A stretch of 64,000 nt of DNA, taken from NCBI GenBank assembly GCA_026023565.1, contig JAPETS010000028.1, positions 186,001 through 250,000 of the forward strand. The letters are read 5' to 3'. Shown piece by piece: positions 9,830-23,099 of the stretch (position 1 is the first letter of the stretch; each line of letters starts with the position of its first letter). Source of the DNA: Cirrosporium novae-zelandiae (lineage: Eukaryota). The notes beneath the pieces were generated by a model, which ran no database searches, was not told where the DNA came from, and was given only the letters and a program-made list of their open reading frames with translations. The translations under genes were made by a program, and so were the position numbers.

Positions 9830-12750
9830 ATGAAATACGGCGACACTTTTGCCCAGTGGTCAATCCCAGAATGGGCAAATTGTAAGTCCTATCTATGCCT
9901 GATAGTTCTATGCTGTTATATATGCATTCATGGCACTAATAGTTATTAACCGTTAGATAATGTGGATTACAACGAGATCAAGCGCTTTATCAAAGACGGC
10001 ACCACTAAAACTAAAAAGCCCGTTTCTATTCCTGGTAGATTTTCTCAGGAAGACAGACAAAAAGCATTCGAGGATGAGTTCTATACTAGGCTGTTGGAAC
10101 AACATGAACAAGTAAATCTCTTTGTCAAGAGTAAATCTGGCGAGATCAGAAGAAGACTTGGTTAGTGACCGTCCTGTTGATCTGATTTCTTTGGTAACTT
10201 CTGACTGTATTCCTATAAGAACATATCGGGAGGCTACTAAGCTGCCTTCTGGGTGATGGGTTGCCGAAAGATGGAACTCCCATCTCGATTAGACGCATCG
10301 AGCGTTTTGGGAAGATTGAAGAGCTTGCCTTGAAGTGAGTCCACTATTTATTTACTTTAATCAATATGGTAAGCGCTGAGTGTTTATTAGTATTGGTGAA
10401 GAAATAAAAAAACTAGCCCAGTTTGTGGCTGCCCAACGACTTGCATTCCAGAAGCTGTTGAAAAAATACATTAAATGGACAGGTTCAAATAAAATAGGGT
10501 CCCGTTTTAGAAGAACGGCCTTAGACAAACCGACTAGCTTCTCCCGAATTGATTTGGATCCTTTGCTACAGCAATTCGCTGAAGTACTCAACGCCGTTCA
10601 AGCCCCCTTCATAACAGGTGGTGTGTCATGGAGAGCAAATAGCGACCCCCACCTTCTTCGTACAAGTGTGAATTCGGGTAAAGTATCCACTTATAGTATT
10701 GACTTTCAGGAGGTTGAACCGACTGGATCTCTCCTCCAGGCCGCATTCAAAGGAAGCTCCGAGGTCGAATTCGATGCGTGTCTTGCCACTGTGCCATTAG
10801 GGAGATCTTCAGGACGAGCCGTCTACTGGGTTCACCAAGATAATATCGTCCAAGTCCAAGTCCTGTTGGTGCAACATATGAGAATCCGTCCCTCGGTTAG
10901 TCGGTCACGCAAAAATTCATTATCCGGAAGTGTAGCCCATGGTCAACGGCTATCGCGTCGATCATCAATAAGTGTGCTAACAGGAAACACCCTTGGCCCT
11001 TCTGCGGATAACTTGAGCATGGTTATCCTTGATGATCTACAAAGATTTTCCAACGAACAAAACGGGTTGACAATTAGCGATTTCGAGGATACCGCCGGAC
11101 GATGCCCAGAAAATGCTGCAGTAAGTATCAGATGGGGTGCTTCAGGAGAGGCCCTTGTTCATTTGAGTCCGAAGTTCTCAAATGATGAAAGTACTGAGCA
11201 TGCCCCACAAACGATCAAGATCAACCGGAAGAACATACCAAAATTTCTTGACGTAGATTATGATGCTGTACAAGAGCTTATTAGCTCTGACGACCAAGAA
11301 CCTGAAATTCAAAGGGTGAAAAACTGGCTAGCGAGCCATCAGGAAATTCGGCCACTTGTCGTGGTTCGTAGTATACGAACAAGGTTCTCCGGACTGAAAA
11401 ATGAAGAAGATAATGGGGTCTGGGCTGCCCTCGACCAGGATGTCAAGATGATGCCTCCTTATCCAGAACTTCTTGGAAGCTCCCATCCAGATTCGATATC
11501 ACAACTACCCCAAAATGAGGTAATTACCTTCCCCCACGCCGTATTGGACGTACGGTGGGAAGGGGGGATTGGGAAAGAGCTTGTTGATGAACTGGACAAT
11601 AGCTACCTGGTGAATATTTTCTAATTATTAAACAAGCACGTTTTAGTCAGGTCTAACCTATGATATATCCTATTAGGTTAAACGAATTCGAGGCTTTTCT
11701 CTCGAGACACATGCTATTGCTACCGTGTGCAAGCTAACGAGTACACGGAACCCTCTTTGGGTAAGTTCTGCCAGGTCTTTTCTGTTGGGGTGGCTTCATA
11801 ATTGTTTACAGATAGATTCACTCGATACCGACATTCGTAAGGTTCCATCAAGGAATCCATCTTTTGGCAACGTAGCTAGTCAGATTGCCTCGAACTCTTC
11901 TCGAACTCCTGGAGAACATACTCCACGGTCAGCAACTTCTACGTCAGCGGGTCCTTCCACAGCAGTCTTTTCTGCGCCTGAGCATGATTCCTCAACGACA
12001 TCAGACTCCGACCACCATGGAGACATACGATTTTGTGTCTCCTCAAAGAAAGCTACGAAGCCCATGCCGATTTCAATACCTTATCGCAGAGTCATTTCAG
12101 ACGAAGAAGGGTACTGGAATGAGCTTACTCACGGCGAAGATGTCACCAACCAGGACGTTTATACTATATACACGGACCCAAATGTCGAGATATTCCCCGG
12201 ATGGGAAGCTATGTCTCGGTTTTTCACATCCATTGCTTCAAGGCTAAACAGATCGACTATGAAGGTCAAGAGATGGCTTAATATAACAGAACCGCACCCC
12301 TTACAAAGCGGAGAAGCTGACCCCTTACTCGACGACGAACAAAGACCTATCTCTGATCACAGCACTGATGTAGCAGATGCTGATATTGAAAACCTCCATC
12401 GCCGTTACGGCACCCTACCCCACACAAGCCACAATATTATTGCCCACCTCGACGCCCAACTCTCTCGTGAAACTGCTGTCGTCTTCTATTTGGAGGTCGT
12501 CTGCTTCAGCGTCTCCTTCGTGCTCGATTTTGTTGCTACAGTCCTGAAAATGACTGGTCGTCGCAAAGAAGCTGTACCTGTAGACATAGGAGTTTGCATT
12601 GCTACGACCGCGAGCTTGTTTTTGGCCGTTTCAGGGTTGGGCTTGATGCTAAACAAAAGGGACCGATTAAGCTGGATACATCATATCGCGGTGATGTTAG
12701 CCTTTGGTATGGTGTGTGGATGGAGTATTTTCTTGTTGGTGACGCTATGA
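9830..12750 (+). CDS. SPX-domain protein with VTC-like domain and C-terminal TM helices
   Basis: SPX start MKYG...IPEWAN|YNVDYNEIKRFIK, 'VNLFVKSKSGEI', 'AFQKLLKKY'; VTC-like 'FPHAVLDVRWE'; three C-terminal hydrophobic helices; five coding introns. Confidence 0.82.
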
Positions 12751-13310
12751 ATCCATCTAAGCAACCAACTACACCTTTCTCTAGGGGAGATGTCATGTTC
12801 CAATCCAATCTGGTCTGTTGCAGTCTGTCAAAAAGATAGCGATATTGAACGCCGGATTACCGACTCCAGGTCGTTCCAACGGTACCCTCGACGTTGGTTA
12901 CGACGTCCGTGAGTTGACTGTCCTGAACTAGGTGTAAGGGAGGGCAGACAAGAGAGGGACAATGGATGATTTGGGTGTTTCTGCACATTTTAATCTTTTA
13001 TTATAGCCCACAGGTTTAACATGGTGTACTTTTTAACCATGCTAGTGTTGTACAGGAACTAGTTCATAGGATGAAAGCGTGTACCGTTTGTATAGGAACG
13101 ATTGTGTGTTATAGATTTGAGCAAGATGCGGGGATAGGCGGTGATAGGTAGACTAAATGTGTATAAAGCAACAAGGCTTTAATAATAATAAAATGTTCAG
13201 TAATAATTTCATAACATTTCATAGCATCGAAAGTACAAAGTAGCAGGGCAGGCAAAAAGACTGTGGCATTCCTGGTAGAGTAGCCATACGTGCCACAGGA
13301 TTCTACGTCA

Positions 13311-13385
13311 GCCAAGGCCAAGGCCAACATTCAACATTCAACATTATTTGCGCCACAAAATTTCCTAATCAGGTTTTATGCCAGG
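13311..13385 (+). promoter_or_regulatory. Candidate PacC (GCCARG) sites next to CRE-like half-sites upstream of the small basic protein gene
   Basis: GCCAAG at 13311 and 13317, GCCAGG at 13380, TACGTCA just upstream, TATAAA at 13611. Confidence 0.4.
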
Positions 13386-13774
13386 CTGACATGGCACCAA
13401 GATCTACCAACCAGGTAACATTGATGATGTCAACCTTCAACACCGCTTGGTGAATGATTAAAGAAGCCACACAATGAACAAGGCTGTTGTGATGTCAGGG
13501 GCATACCGAACCCTCACAACAACAGGTTTGGATCATTATTCATTCACTCACTGTTATGATGTATGTTTTATGATGATGTTGATGAGATCTGATAGGCAGG
13601 AGTAGGCGACTATAAAGAGACATGTCCATTTCCCTTTTGATTCTTCTCTATCCAAACAAATATTTTACTATCTTACTACAAAATATCCAATTACCACCCA
13701 TAAAAAACAAGCTTACTACATACTACCTATACCCCCAAGAGAAAAGGAAAACAAAAACAAAAAACTCCATCAAA

Positions 13775-14151
13775 ATGCACGGAGCAACCACGACAACCAC
13801 GACCACCCGCACAACTCGCACCAAACCCTCCTTCATGTCCCGCCTCACTCATCGTCGCCGCCGCAGCCCTCGCACCACTGCCACCACAACCCACCGTGTA
13901 CCAGTAACACATCATCACCGTCGCCGCCCCTCCCTGGGAGATAAAGTCTCCGGTGCATTTCTCAAGCTTCGCGGCTCGCTTACGAGAAGGCCTGGGAAAA
14001 AGGTAAGAGATATAGTCCTGCGGGTCTAGTCTGGTTCTAATTATGGGCATGCGAAGGCTAACGAGTACTTAATTTTTGATAGGCGGCAGGCACTCGTCGC
14101 ATGCATGGGACTGACGGGAAGGGGAGCCACATGCGTAGACGATACTACTAG
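13775..14151 (+). CDS. Small basic Thr/Arg/His-rich conserved fungal hypothetical protein (~98 aa)
   Basis: Strong context CAAAATG; intron 14003-14082; C-terminus RRPSLGDKVSGAFLKLRGSLTRRPGKK|AAGTRRMHGTDGKGS, which I recognise as a Pezizomycotina hypothetical-protein motif. Confidence 0.82.
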
Positions 14152-16000
14152 ACCTACTAAGCCTAGACCGACTGGGAGTGGTTGTGTTGGGGAGGGGAGA
14201 GAGAGGTGGTGGTGATTTTTTTTTTTTGGTTGTTGTGGTGTTGAGGAGGGCAATAAATACATACGGTTGGAGTCTGTACGATATGAACATGGACGTGGAT
14301 TGATATATGGGCATGCACGTGGAGGAGAGGGAGGGAGGGAAAGTGATGACGATGACGAACGATGATATGCGATACCCCCTGGAGTGGAATTTCGAATACT
14401 ACTTCTATTTTCTATTTCTATTTCTATTATTTTTTTGGGACTCCAGCATTGATATGATATGACGACGATTATTAACTATGGCACAGGATGTTTAGTTAAT
14501 TAGTCAAAAAAAAGGAAAGAAAAAAGAAGAAATATCTATTATGATTCATGATTCCCTTGAAATGATTATTGATTGTTTACATACATACATATATACATTT
14601 TCTATATCTATGGCCTATGGTCTATTATATCTACATCCGAGGTCTAAGAAATCATAACCTTTCACTTCTATAAAAACTAAAACCCATTTTGAATAAAATA
14701 TAAAAATAATGTTTCTTGTTTGCTTGCTTGTTTTTTTTTTGGCTGGTGAGCTATGTTATAGATACGTGCGTGTATATATATGTGCAAGACCGTCCTTGGA
14801 GGGGTGAGACTAACGAACGGGGACAATATCTAAAGAAAGGAGACTGGACTAGAAATAGAAATATATCTAATAAATGTAGGTAGGTTACCTAGGTATTGTA
14901 CTGTACGTATAGATAAGCCAAAACAATCAAGGAGCCAGCCAGCCAGCCAGTTAATACCTATCTGTATACAGCATAATTCCATAACTATAACCATATATTA
15001 AATATGAAATATTAGATGTTAGAACCTTGATCTTGTTTAATATTTCTACCTTCTCTCAGTTCAGCTCACCTCGGCAGAGTTCAACCTTCTTCTTCTTCCT
15101 TCTTTCTCCCAGGTCTTTCCTATACACATGGGAATAGTTAATTTATTAATCCATCACTTCATCAATTCATTTGCTAAACCCACGAGCTTCTCAGTTTGGT
15201 TTGTGGTTAATTAAGGAAGGTAGGTAGATAGGTAATTACTGTAATTACGAGTATTGGTAATTTGGTAATTAATTACTATGGCTAATTAAGAAATTGGGAA
15301 ATTGGGAAATTAGAAATCAGAAATGGGGGAGGGTTGGTTGGTTGGTTGGTTTGTTGGTTAGCACGCTGGTTTATTTCTGGACCGGGGGAAGGGTACCTAG
15401 GTAGTTAATTATGTGCGGGTCGTCCGCTTTTGGGATAATATAGAAGCGTCAAGTTAGTACGTTGGATCATCTATCAAATAATAAAATCGTCGACACTTAT
15501 ATCTAGCCACACTGATTCCACACTGATTCCCCTACCCCGAAATAAATCCAGATTTAATAATTGTAAATGTACAATCTATATACACAAATATACTACAGTT
15601 GAGAGGAGTATAACGAACGACGGATTCTCATTTGTACAGCGAATCTAATCTATCGACATCCTGTGGTAATGCATAGACCAAACGAGCTGCTAGACAAAAG
15701 AGATGATCCCAAGCCCGGCAACTACAATGGCATAGGCAGAATGTCGGAAAAAGCGAGATGTCATCACATGTGCACATGATAAACATACTCGATGCAATGT
15801 AAGAAGGGTAATATTTTTCACCGGAAGAGGAGTGCAATACCGAATACCTCTAATGTTGTCCCATTCGAATGCACCTCCTTCATTTTGACCATTAATAAAC
15901 CACGTATTATTTTGCCGTCCCCATATACCATGACTAAGATCGGTTATAGCAATAGGACGTCCTGACGCTTTCTAGTGCGCGTTCAAGATCAGTATTCAGC

Positions 16001-16815
16001 TTATAGGGCAACAGCCAAACCAGCAATAGCAACAACAGCCGCAGCGAAAGAGGTGAGCTGCATCTGGACGGCACCACCGGTAGCCAAGGCACTCGATGAT
16101 GAGGAGCTTCCAGTAGCTGTGGAAGAGGAACCGGAGCCTGAAGAGCCAGTAGCAGCGGTACCACTGATGGTAGCGCTAGAAACTGTACCGTTAGAGCTTG
16201 AACTGAAACCAGCAGATGGGGAAATAGTGCCAGTGACGAGGCCAGTTCCAGAAGCGCTGAAATTATTAGCAGGATAATTCATCTCCAATAATCTTCGGAT
16301 ATACTCACGCAATAGCAGCAGTCTTTGTGCACTTGCAAGAAGCATCATAGTAGGTCGTCGTATAATAAGTAGAGCTACCTGTGCTGTTGTTGTAGCCTGA
16401 CCCAGTAACTTTAGCGCCGGAACCAGTACCTGTTGCACTTGCAGATCCACTTCCAGTTGAAGTTGCAGAGGCTAGAACAACCAGTCAGTTCAAGAAATTA
16501 GATTTCTCAAAACGAAAGAACTACGTACAAACACCGGAGCAAACACTGGAATAGGCGGTCATGGCGGCAGCGAGGTAGCTATCACACTTGCTCGAGATCT
16601 GGGCTTTAACTTTGGAAGAGTCCTTGCCGCAGATGGTAGTAAGGTCGGATGGGTCCGATTCGGTGCTGGAAGCCTGATCAGTATAAGAACCATTTAAATC
16701 AGAGAAATCATATATCTTACTTGACAGCAGCCAAAAGGCATGCTGGAGTGGTTGCACTTGCGATCTGTGCAATGGCAAGGAAAGCCAGAACGATGGTAGA
16801 CTTGGAAGCAAACAT
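16001..16815 (-). CDS. GPI-anchored Ser/Thr/Gly-rich cell-surface protein with Cys-rich N-domain
   Basis: Signal MFASKSTIVLAFLAIAQIASA, 'TPACLLAAV|NTESDPSDLTTICG', S/T/G-rich stalk, hydrophobic C-terminal tail. Three introns. Confidence 0.85.
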
Positions 16816-17172
16816 TTTGAATAATTTGTCGTTATTGAATAGTCGATTGTTAAACCTGGTTTGGTGAGAGTTGTTCAATGGGAATGCAGTAAAGTATTAT
16901 TCGTGAAGTTTGCACAAGCGTAAATGAAGGTGATGGTGGTGTCCTAAAGAGTGACTAGATGACTTCAAAAGACTGTGTTGGTTATTGTGTATTAAAATAA
17001 AAGTAGAAGATGAAAGTTGCAGATGAAGCAAGAAGGGAGCAACTTAAAAGGCTTTGAGGTTGCCAAGGCCGTTTCTTTCGTGTCAGTCCAATTCGAGCCA
17101 ACTCAGGAACCCGTTGGTCGCTTAGCCTTTAGCTTGGATGCCATAAATAACCGCCAAATTAGCCATCAGTAA

Positions 17173-17212
17173 CCCCCCAGTAGCCCCCCAGCAGCCCCCA
17201 GCGAGCCCCCGG
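17173..17212 (-). promoter_or_regulatory. Tandem CreA/Mig1-type SYGGRG sites upstream of the GPI protein gene
   Basis: On the minus strand, three CTGGGG and one CCGGGG at about 10-11 bp spacing. Confidence 0.45.
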
Positions 17213-17689
17213 TAAGCCTACAAGAGCCACCAAGAGCCACCAAGGAGTCCTTCGATAAAGCCACTAACGTAGATCACATTCAGGGGAAATAACATCCTCT
17301 AACATAATATGGGATCAAAGCCGATGGATCCAACGAAATTAAGGAAATTTAAGATGAATATTGCGCATGCTTTCCCCACTGAAAAACTATTAATTGTCCT
17401 CTACAATACTATTACTCGAGTAGAAGCCTCACATAGAAGGAATATCCCCCCCCATTCTCCACTCTTCTAGAACTTTTCTACTCCATCCATCAATCCATCT
17501 ATACAACTTCATACTTGTGCTAGTTTATCAACAATAAAAACATCTTTTAATCTTACGAATTCTTAATAAATCAGTAGGACCTCGTTCTCCAATTATTAGA
17601 CGTTTTTAGTGCTATTGGTCATGGTCCATTTCACCCCGGAATTTCCTTTCGTATCAGATATCAGAACTTAGATACCTTCTTTAGATGTC

Positions 17690-18945
17690 TTAACCTCCTG
17701 TGGCTTCCCTAAAGAACGATAGACTCCTATTACCACCAGCTATCGCAAACAATTCCGTCTTTCCTGTCTTTGGTAGCCATTTCACACTCCATATGGTTTT
17801 GTCCGACGCCGAGTGTGTTGCTACGCAGGTTCTCTGATCAATTGACCATACCTTAGCCTTGCCATCAAACGCCCTGTTTATGTCTTAGCAAAAGGTCCCT
17901 CCGAAGGGAGGAATGTGATCATACCCGCTAAGAAGATATTCTCCCATGAAGCTCCAGTCTAGGGACATGATCCACGCCGCATGCCCTGTAAAGTTGGCTA
18001 CTTGTTCTCCAGAGGCAACGTCATGGAGTGCAATTGTCCTAGCATCACCAGCACTGGCAAGAAGTTTCCCGCCAGGAGAGAATGCCACCGCACGAACAGG
18101 CTTGACCAGACCTAATATCAATCAATACGATTTAGATAGCAAAGATGCTATTAAATTTACCTAGTAGAGAATGTACCATGCGACCTGTATCGTTGTTGAA
18201 AACATAGACACTACCATTTTCATGGCCGCTGGCTGTTAATCGTCCATCAAGAGACTGATACATAGTAATTTAGTCGCATCACCATTGTAGACATGGTCGG
18301 AACATAACTCACCAAGTCTATGCACATCCCAAAGCTCCCCTTGGTCTCATACTCGCGGATTTTGGTTCGATCTGCAATTGTGTCCCAGACATTGATCCTC
18401 CCATCATATGTGGTACTGGCTAGATATTGTCCATTTTCGGACAGAGCGATAGCCCACATCTCACCAGCTTTATTGCCATCTAGCTAGAGTTAGTTCTGAG
18501 ACACATATTTAGAGGCTTCGAGTGCCATACCAACGATAGCACCTTCTTCAACCCAATCTCCATGTTCTGAAATGGTCCACACCTTGGCTTCTCCTCCAAA
18601 GCCAATGCTCGCACCTTTCCCCCCGTTTTTGCTTACTACGACATGATGACAACCGAGTTTGTGGACATGCTCCAACGATTTTATTAGAGGAAAGTCTGAT
18701 TCTGTTGTGGAATGGATCTTGAGAGAGGAGGAGCCAGAAGCTGAGATGATCTGAGTTGGGGTAACAGCAAGAGAAAATATATCAGTGACGTGTGCTAAGA
18801 GTAAAGTTAGGAAGTAATTTCATGGGGTCAGAAACTCGGTACTACTAACCGTTGTCCACTGTATGGACTGTGAGGTACTGTTTGGACTATAGCACCATTA
18901 GATATCAATAGCAAACGAGAAATTATCAATGAATTTTCTTACCAT
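17690..18945 (-). CDS. SKI8: WD40 protein Ski8/Rec14
   Basis: Exon 1 is the ATG alone, then SKQYLTVHTVDN|AHVTDIF...; 'EYETKGSFGMCID', 'VKPVRAVAFSPGGKLLA', C-terminus SLSFFREATGG*. Confidence 0.88.
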
Positions 18946-19372
18946 TGTGACATTTGTAAATGGTAAGCAAATATCAAGGTACCGATTATCCAAGCCAATA
19001 ATATAAGGTCAACCCTTTATAAAGCTAGAAACATATTGAACAAGGTCTGCTCAGTGTTATCGTGTGGTGGGGTCTTTTTTCTTCTACAGAGTAAGAAATT
19101 GAAATTGGTGGAAAATTACACAACGTCATAATGGACATGGGCATATTGGCCGTGCCATTTGAGATATATATCATGTACAGGTCAATATCTATAGATTTAC
19201 AAAGTTTCTAATTGTCTCTGCTCAATACAAGTTAAGATCATGGAGCCAGGAATCCGTAACGCCTTCACAATGCCTCATAGCTTTCACCATTGTACGGATA
19301 TAGTACAACTAGGCAATCCCACCAGCTCCTTATACATCATTTCGACGTCAACACTTGGGTCGCTGTACCTAA

Positions 19373-19829
19373 TCATACTTCTTCCTTTTCTGCCTCGTGC
19401 CATCTCTTCTGAATTTCTAGATTCAAGTATTAGCAGGTTAAATCTAGCATGCACCACGAACCTCCATTACTCACTTGCTAGACAATGTTCGCACAGAACA
19501 TGCGCTCTCTTCATGCTTCCACATGCCGGACATCTTGTGAGATTTGTCACGTCCTTCAAGGCTTTTCCAGCCATCTGCCTATGGCGCTTCTTCATATGAG
19601 ATGTTTTCTTCTTTGGAACAGCGCGGAGAACCGACTCCCATAGACCTGCTAATATTGACGGTACATTGAGTGAGATTGCTGGTAATAAAGAGATCGGTAG
19701 AGACGGTAGAGAAAACTGGATGAGGGAACTGGAGAAGAGGGCAGGTTGTCGGCCAGCCGGAGAGGCGATTGTGAGGCGTGGAAGTAGGGTTGACAGCATT
19801 GAGTTGAAGGGAACTTGGCGGAGAGCCAT
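19373..19829 (-). CDS. MRPL32: Mitochondrial ribosomal protein bL32m
   Basis: Long presequence then RAVPKKKTSHMKKR and zinc motif CPACG...HVLCEHC; one intron. Confidence 0.92.
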
Positions 19830-20183
19830 ATTTGGTTATCTGGAAGTGGAGAGTTAATAGCAATGGGCCGGGTGAATATTGATAAATTCAAATGTCCTGA
19901 GGCTCTGTATCCGCATTTCTCAAGCTTGAACTTTGTGAGGTTTCAAGGTTGGTCAAAGCTTTTCGCATTGTTGGAGGAGGTGTCGGCTAACCGTGTCTGT
20001 ATTAGGAACCTTGCTACCCTGAATAGGGGCACGGAAATTTGGCAACTTCAAACCCTTTGACCTTCTTCTGCGTAAACGACCATCTCGATAGACAATTCTT
20101 CGAGTGTCAGTCTTTCATTCAACTTCTTTCTTTCCACCTGTTTTGTCAGACTCTGAAAAGTCAAAGTTCGAACTATCTTCACA

Positions 20184-21658
20184 ATGGCTCAAGCACTTCA
20201 CCCTCAAACAGCTCACGCTCAAGCTCGCTCCCAATCACCCCATCCTCAATCACCTCGTCTTCAAGCACACCCTCCAGGACCTCATGGACAAGGACCTCAT
20301 GGACAAGGACCTCACCCTCAAGTTCCTCACCCTCAATCTCCTCACCCCCAAGCTCCTCACTCTCAGGCACCTCGCCCTCAACCGCAGTCAGTCTACCCTC
20401 AGACTCATGTCGGTTTTGACAGTATCACCTCGCAAATCGAACGAAAGCTCTTGAAGCGTGGTTTTCAGTTCAATGTTATTTGCGTCGGTATGTTGTAAAC
20501 AACTTCAAGGATGGACACAGGATTGAACATGCTAACCATCTGTAGGCCAAACTGGATTGGGAAAGTCCACCTTGATCAACACCATCTTCGCTTCCCACCT
20601 CATTGACTCCAAGGGACGTATGACACCGGATGAGCCTGTTCGATCTACGACGGAGATTCAAGCCGTTTCACACAGTGAGCCACCCTTTTAGGAAACACGA
20701 GAGAATAGTCAAGTACTAATATATTTTAAGTCATCGAGGAAAATGGCGTTCGTCTGAGACTGAACATTGTTGATACCCCAGGCTACGGAGACCAAGTCAA
20801 CAATGAAAGATGGTAAGATTCTACTCTCTTATTTAGGCTGTTGGGTTACATTATCTAACGTGAGCTAGCTGGGACCCTATTGTCAAGTATATCAAGGATC
20901 AACATTCGGCATACCTTCGAAAAGAGCTCACCGCTCAACGAGAACGCTATATCCAAGACACTAGAATTCATTGCTGTCTTTTCTTCATCCAGCCTTCTGG
21001 CCATGCGTGAGTAGAGAGTAGCTCTATTGGATATTATGACAGCTACTGATTTATAATAGGTTGAAGCCAATCGATATCGTTGTCTTGAAGAAGCTGACTG
21101 ATGTTGTTAACGTGGTACCGGTTATTGCTAAATCGGACTCTTTAACATTGGAAGAGCGCCAAGCCTTCAAGGAGCGGATAAAGGAGGAGTTTGCTTTCCA
21201 CAATCTGAAGATGTACCCATATGATAATGATGAGTCTGATGACGAAGAACGTGCATTAAACTCCCAGATCAAGGTATGCATTGTTATGTTCTAGGTCACT
21301 ACTTCTTATTTACTAATTGTTGCAGAGCATCATTCCATTTGCTGTTGTAGGCTCAGAGAAGACTATCATTGTCAATGGGAAGCAAGTCCGTGGCCGTCAG
21401 AATCGTTGGGGAGTGATCAATGTCGAGGACGAGAACCACTGCGAATTCACTTACCTCCGTAACTTCCTTACTCGCACACATCTTCAAGACCTCATCGAAA
21501 CTACGTCGCAGATCCACTACGAGACCTTCCGTGCTAAGCAATTGCTTGCTCTTAAGGATCATAGTGCTGCAGCTCATTCCGGCAGCAGACCAATCAGCCC
21601 TGCGGCGGATAGGGAAATGAGCCGAAACTCGCAACGCGTGACGATGAATGGTTATTAA
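20184..21658 (+). CDS. CDC10: Septin Cdc10 (AspD)
   Basis: HVGFDSITSQIERKLLKRGFQFN, P-loop GQTGLGKST, DTPGYGD, AKSD, no C-terminal coiled coil. Five introns. Confidence 0.95.
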
Positions 21659-22055
21659 GCGGTTAATCGCATCAGAGGTGGTTGAGTCGTGAAGATTGAC
21701 TGAGATTGAAGCTATCCAAACTAGACGCTGAGGGGGTCTATATTTGGAAGGGGAATTGTCTAAAATTCTAGTCGGTATTTCATTTGGCCTAGTGATACTT
21801 GCTCTCTTAGAGTTCTTAATGATTGTTTAGCGTGTGAAGTCATCTTGAAGCAGGAAAGGATGCTAGGGCAGACATCAGCGAATTATTATTGCTTTTCTTT
21901 GTATATTTCCCCAATAATCAGAACTTATTCGAATGTCCCCTCCTTTTAGGAGATGGTTTATGTTGGTTGGCCTCTATATTGAGTAGTCAATTCTATCCTC
22001 TATCTATGATCTTAGCACCGTTATCTGCAAATCTTTTTAGGTCTTTTATGTGCTA

Positions 22056-23099
22056 TCAAGACCTGTCTCCGAATTTTCCGCCATCAAGGATCCATTCTTC
22101 TAATTGTTTATATGCAGTGTCCAAATCGTCATTCACGATCTACGTGATTCATGTTAGCGACTTATCTTTCCCTTATGTCAATGATACAAAAGTAATGGAC
22201 AGGAATCCCAAGGAGTAGCGGCAACATACAATCGTCTCATGCACACCCGGCGTTTTCGAATACTCGAGCTCCTTCTCCGCCTGCTTCAGCCGCTGCTCCA
22301 CCTTCTCCTGATCCTCAGTGCCCCTCGACTCCAGTCGTTGCCTAAGGACCTGAAGGGACGGTGGGCTGACGAAAGCAAAGCGAGCATTGAGATCAGTTTT
22401 TTTCACCTGTTTAACGCCCTGCAAGGTTTTTGTTTTATTAAAGTTAGCATGTCTAGCTTTGTAGAGTTATCTTCTCAGACACCTCGCTAGGAGAGATTCT
22501 TGGGAATCTGTGGAAATGATGTTAGGGGGAGGGGAGGTGAGAGTGTATGCAATGCAGACGTACCTCCATTTCAATATCCAGGATGCAAATTCGCCCGGTT
22601 TCTTGGATGACCTTCACGGCCATAATACTCGTGCCGTAATGATTCCCTGGAAGCCAAACAAAAACCAATTAGCCCACTCTATCTCCTCATCAAGGGCCTC
22701 AACCCCCCCCAAAGAAAAAAAAAAAACGCAACTACCCAATCAATCAATTGCTCCAACAAACATACATACCCCCAAACTGCGCATGCTCAATGAACCCTCC
22801 CTCATCCACCAATTTCAAAAACTTCTCCTTGGTCGTAAAGTAGTATTCCCTGCCATCCTGCTCGCCAGGACGGGGCTGGCGCGTGGTATGCGAGACGGAG
22901 AATTGGAAGAGTGAAGGGTAAGCGGCGAAGAGACGTTTGAGGAGGGTGGATTTTCCAGCGCCTGAGGGTCCTGAGAGGACAATTGGGCGTGGGTTTGGTG
23001 GGGGGTGGACTGCTGGAGGGAGGGAAGGAGGGGGGGGTTGGTTAGTTTGGTTGGTTGAGGGGGTTTTGGGGGGGACTGGGACGTACGAGTTGGAGGCAT
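22056..23099 (-). CDS. GUK1: Guanylate kinase (upstream in-frame ATG at 23207)
   Basis: [57 protein letters not shown]. Four introns. Confidence 0.93.
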
